From a virus (Duplodnaviria > Caudoviricetes), in the IMG/VR virus record IMGVR_UViG_3300035498_000371, positions 1-64,000 of that record: a stretch of 64,000 bases of DNA; one strand, 5' to 3'. Made by a program: the position numbers and the translations under genes. Numbering within the stretch: the stretch's first letter is position 1; every line of letters starts with the position of its first letter. This document shows positions 61,452 through 64,000 of this stretch, one piece after another. The notes under the pieces are model-generated. The model saw only the letters and a list, made by a program, of their open reading frames with translations. It made no database searches and was not told the origin of the DNA.

Positions 61452-63086
61452 ATGGCAAACACAGTTGATAAGGTTATAGCAATTGCTAAAGCCGAAGTAG
61501 GTTATGTGGAGAAAGCTAGTAATAAGGATTTGTATGACAAGACCGCCAATGCAGGTAGTGCTAACTATACTAAGTACGGTTATGAGATGCACCAGCTCTA
61601 TCCATCAGTAATGGATTTCCCAGCAGCATGGTGTGATTGTTTTGTAGATTGGTGCTTCTACAAAGCATACGGAGTGTCTAACGCTAAAGCACTTCTTGGA
61701 GGTAACTTCGATGATTATACTGTAAATTCAGCACAACTCTATAAGAATAAGGGAGCTTATTATAAGTCAAATCCTCAGATTGGAGACCAGATTTTCTTCA
61801 AGAATTCATCTAGAATCTGCCACACGGGTTTAGTATATAACGTAGATTCTAATTACGTTTATACTGTTGAAGGAAATACATCGACTGCAGCTGGAGTAGT
61901 TGCAAATGGTGGCGGTGTAGCACTCAAGAAATATACTCTTAGTTATGCTAGTATTGATGGTTATGGAAGACCTAAATATGATACTGCTAGCACCACTACA
62001 TCAAGTGTAGCATCTACTCAGTCCACAGGAGTTGATGAAAAGACAATCTGGAATTATCTTATTGGTAAAGGATTGAACGCATTTGCCGCTGCAGGTCTTA
62101 TGGGCAATCTGTATGCTGAAAGTGGATTAAAACCAAATAACTTACAGAATACTTATGAGAAGAAACTTGGAATGACAGACGTGCAGTACACTGAAGCTGT
62201 AGATAATGGTTCTTATACAAACTTTGCTAAAGATGCTGCTGGTTATGGATTAGCTCAGTGGACTTATCATACTCGTAAACAGGGATTATTGGATCTCGCT
62301 AAATCTAAGAGCGTTTCTATCAGTAATCTCTCTATGCAGCTTGATTATTTATGGAGCGAATTGCAGGGTTATTCTACAGTAATTAAAACTCTCAAAGCAG
62401 CTACGTCGGTAAAAGAAGCTTCTGATGCGGTATTAACAGGATTTGAGAAACCTGCAGATACTAGTGATACTGTTAAAACAAAGAGGGCTGGATACGGTCA
62501 GGAATATTATAATAAATATTCTGGAGCATCTAATGCTACAGCTTCTACCACTACTGTAAATAATACTGTAAAGACAACTACCACTGCGGCTTCTTCATCT
62601 ACAGTTCCTGCAGTTGCTTCAGGAACACCTAATCTGAAATCTGGTTCTACTGGAGCACAGGTTACTTTACTTCAGCATGATTTAAATTATGTAATGAAGT
62701 CTGGACTTACGGTGGATGGAAGCTTTGGCGCTAAGACTAAAGCAGCTGTTATCGCATTCCAGAAGAAATATGGATTAACAGCAGATGGAATCTATGGCTC
62801 TAATTCTCAGAAGAAGATGGAAGCAGCCCTTAAAGGAAGTACAACTTCAGTTGTTCCTTCAGTAGCAGCTGGTTCTCCTACACTTAAGAAAGGAAGCAAG
62901 GGTGCTCAGGTTAAACTCTTACAGCAGGATCTTAATTATCTACTTAATAGTGGTTTAACTGTAGATGGAGACTTTGGAACTGCTACATATAATGCAGTAG
63001 TTGCATTCCAGAAGAAATATGGATTAACAGCAGATGGAAAGTATGGCCCAGCATCTTGCACTAAAATGAAATCCCTTCTTGGTTAA
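61452..63086 (+). CDS. Modular endolysin: CHAP, phage-tail-lysozyme-like and two PG-binding domains
   Basis: AWCDCFV..HTGLV..VEGNT; GLMGNLYAESG..GYGLAQWT..FEKP; repeated DG.FG..T..AV.AFQKKYGLTADG.YG. Confidence 0.9.
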   Translation: MANTVDKVIAIAKAEVGYVEKASNKDLYDKTANAGSANYTKYGYEMHQLYPSVMDFPAAWCDCFVDWCFYKAYGVSNAKALLGGNFDDYTVNSAQLYKNKGAYYKSNPQIGDQIFFKNSSRICHTGLVYNVDSNYVYTVEGNTSTAAGVVANGGGVALKKYTLSYASIDGYGRPKYDTASTTTSSVASTQSTGVDEKTIWNYLIGKGLNAFAAAGLMGNLYAESGLKPNNLQNTYEKKLGMTDVQYTEAVDNGSYTNFAKDAAGYGLAQWTYHTRKQGLLDLAKSKSVSISNLSMQLDYLWSELQGYSTVIKTLKAATSVKEASDAVLTGFEKPADTSDTVKTKRAGYGQEYYNKYSGASNATASTTTVNNTVKTTTTAASSSTVPAVASGTPNLKSGSTGAQVTLLQHDLNYVMKSGLTVDGSFGAKTKAAVIAFQKKYGLTADGIYGSNSQKKMEAALKGSTTSVVPSVAAGSPTLKKGSKGAQVKLLQQDLNYLLNSGLTVDGDFGTATYNAVVAFQKKYGLTADGKYGPASCTKMKSLLG

Positions 63087-63178
63087 TCATATACCTACAA
63101 GATAAGTTGATCAGAGGACGGGAAACTGTCCTCTGTAAACTTTTACAAATTAATATAACAATCTGGTAATGATGTAGA

Positions 63179-63250
63179 GTTCTGATAGCTCAAAGGGATA
63201 GAGCAAAGTATTTTTATATTTGATAATAGGTCCGAATCCTATTTCAGAAA
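63179..63250 (+). tRNA. Degenerate tRNA-like element (pseudo-tRNA)
   Basis: ttctga/tcagaa acceptor, tagctc..gagc D arm, atagg-tccgaat-cctat T arm; irregular anticodon loop, no CCA. Confidence 0.5.
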
Positions 63251-63254
63251 TTTT

Positions 63255-64000
63255 GCCGTTTATAAAACAGAAGCACCGTTGATTACGGCAAATGCGGTTT
63301 GAGTTGGCAGCCCGATATAGAGGCTGCGTGTTAAGTGAGTTGCAACCGCAATATATTAGGTGCTAGCCGTGGGACTTTCTCACCGTTCGGAATAATACTT
63401 GTGCTATGATGAAGCGGCCGCGAGGATAAGCAGGTGCGCGATGGAAGGCAAAGGATAACACCGAGATGCGCCAACGTAGAGTGCGTCTAGATAATTCGCG
63501 ATAATATTCTAGTTCAATCTAGCCGGTCAGCGTGTCACAGCGCTGATCGGTATTCCTTCGTTTTGCTGAATTCCCCGTTCTAGGCAAACGAAGATCTCCC
63601 ATGTTATACTCTCAATATGAGTACCTGTTAACATGATTGTGCAGAGTTCATCTGCTGCGAAATGAAAACGATTTGGGATGCCCAATGGAATAGCATATTA
63701 GATAAAGAGATCTTCTATGTTCCCAAGTTGGTAGCCGCTTATGCGTATAAGGGCGGTATAATAATAAGGATTGGCGTTGGCTTGAAACGTACAAGCTATG
63801 GGGTGGTTGAAGGAAATACACTGGTAAGTGCCTAGTAAATGTGTGCTAGAGTCAGTAATGAATTTCCTAAGGTTACTAATGACCGCTATTAAGCCGAGAG
63901 TGGTGGATCGGTGATGCCTGCAGGTGAGGATGATGGAGTTGTTGGAAGGGAAAGATGGATTGCGTTGTAATCGGCTGTCTGTGTGTAACCTGCAGGATGC
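63255..64000 (+). ncRNA. Large structured noncoding RNA, GOLLD-like candidate (runs off the window)
   Basis: More than 740 nt without a tracked ORF, raised GC, many hairpins, immediately after a tRNA-like element. Confidence 0.55.

Noticed and set aside
63179-63250. Functional tRNA-Lys(UUU)
   Set aside because: Six-nt anticodon loop, TCC instead of TTC in the T loop, imperfect acceptor and no CCA
1-64000. CRISPR array, retron/RT, transposase or integrase
   Set aside because: No spaced direct repeats and no RT, DDE or recombinase motifs seen
1-64000. Stop-codon reassignment
   Set aside because: Genes are full length in the standard code, and TAG/TGA end genes at expected positions
1-64000. 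Chimallin or PicA homologue proving a phage nucleus
   Set aside because: None recognisable by eye; the nucleus idea remains a hypothesis

Overview
AT-rich 64 kb segment of a phiKZ/AR9-type jumbo myophage. Strong AGGAGG ribosome-binding sites, a CHAP endolysin and a Clostridium-type Tad1 suggest a Bacillota host. It encodes a DnaB helicase, a Dda/RecD helicase, type IIA topoisomerase B and A subunits, three multisubunit RNA polymerase beta pieces, a split family-B DNA polymerase, RecA, NAD ligase, SbcC, a tubulin/FtsZ protein, portal, tail tube and sheath, terminase and endolysin. Three group I introns interrupt gyrB, the terminase and polB. The most striking unexplained signal is a short peptide tag, roughly [K/R]-x(0-2)-M-[C/V]-x-[I/V/L/T]-[I/V]. 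By eye it occurs about 23 times in 16 unrelated proteins, mostly at termini. Carriers are DNA/RNA-metabolism enzymes, homing endonucleases and small unknowns; virion and lysis proteins lack it. It may be a targeting or docking signal. There are also two noncoding RNA candidates: a GC-rich ~250-nt element between two HNH-like paralogues, and a >740-nt GOLLD-like RNA after a degenerate tRNA. All calls are by eye, with no database searches.
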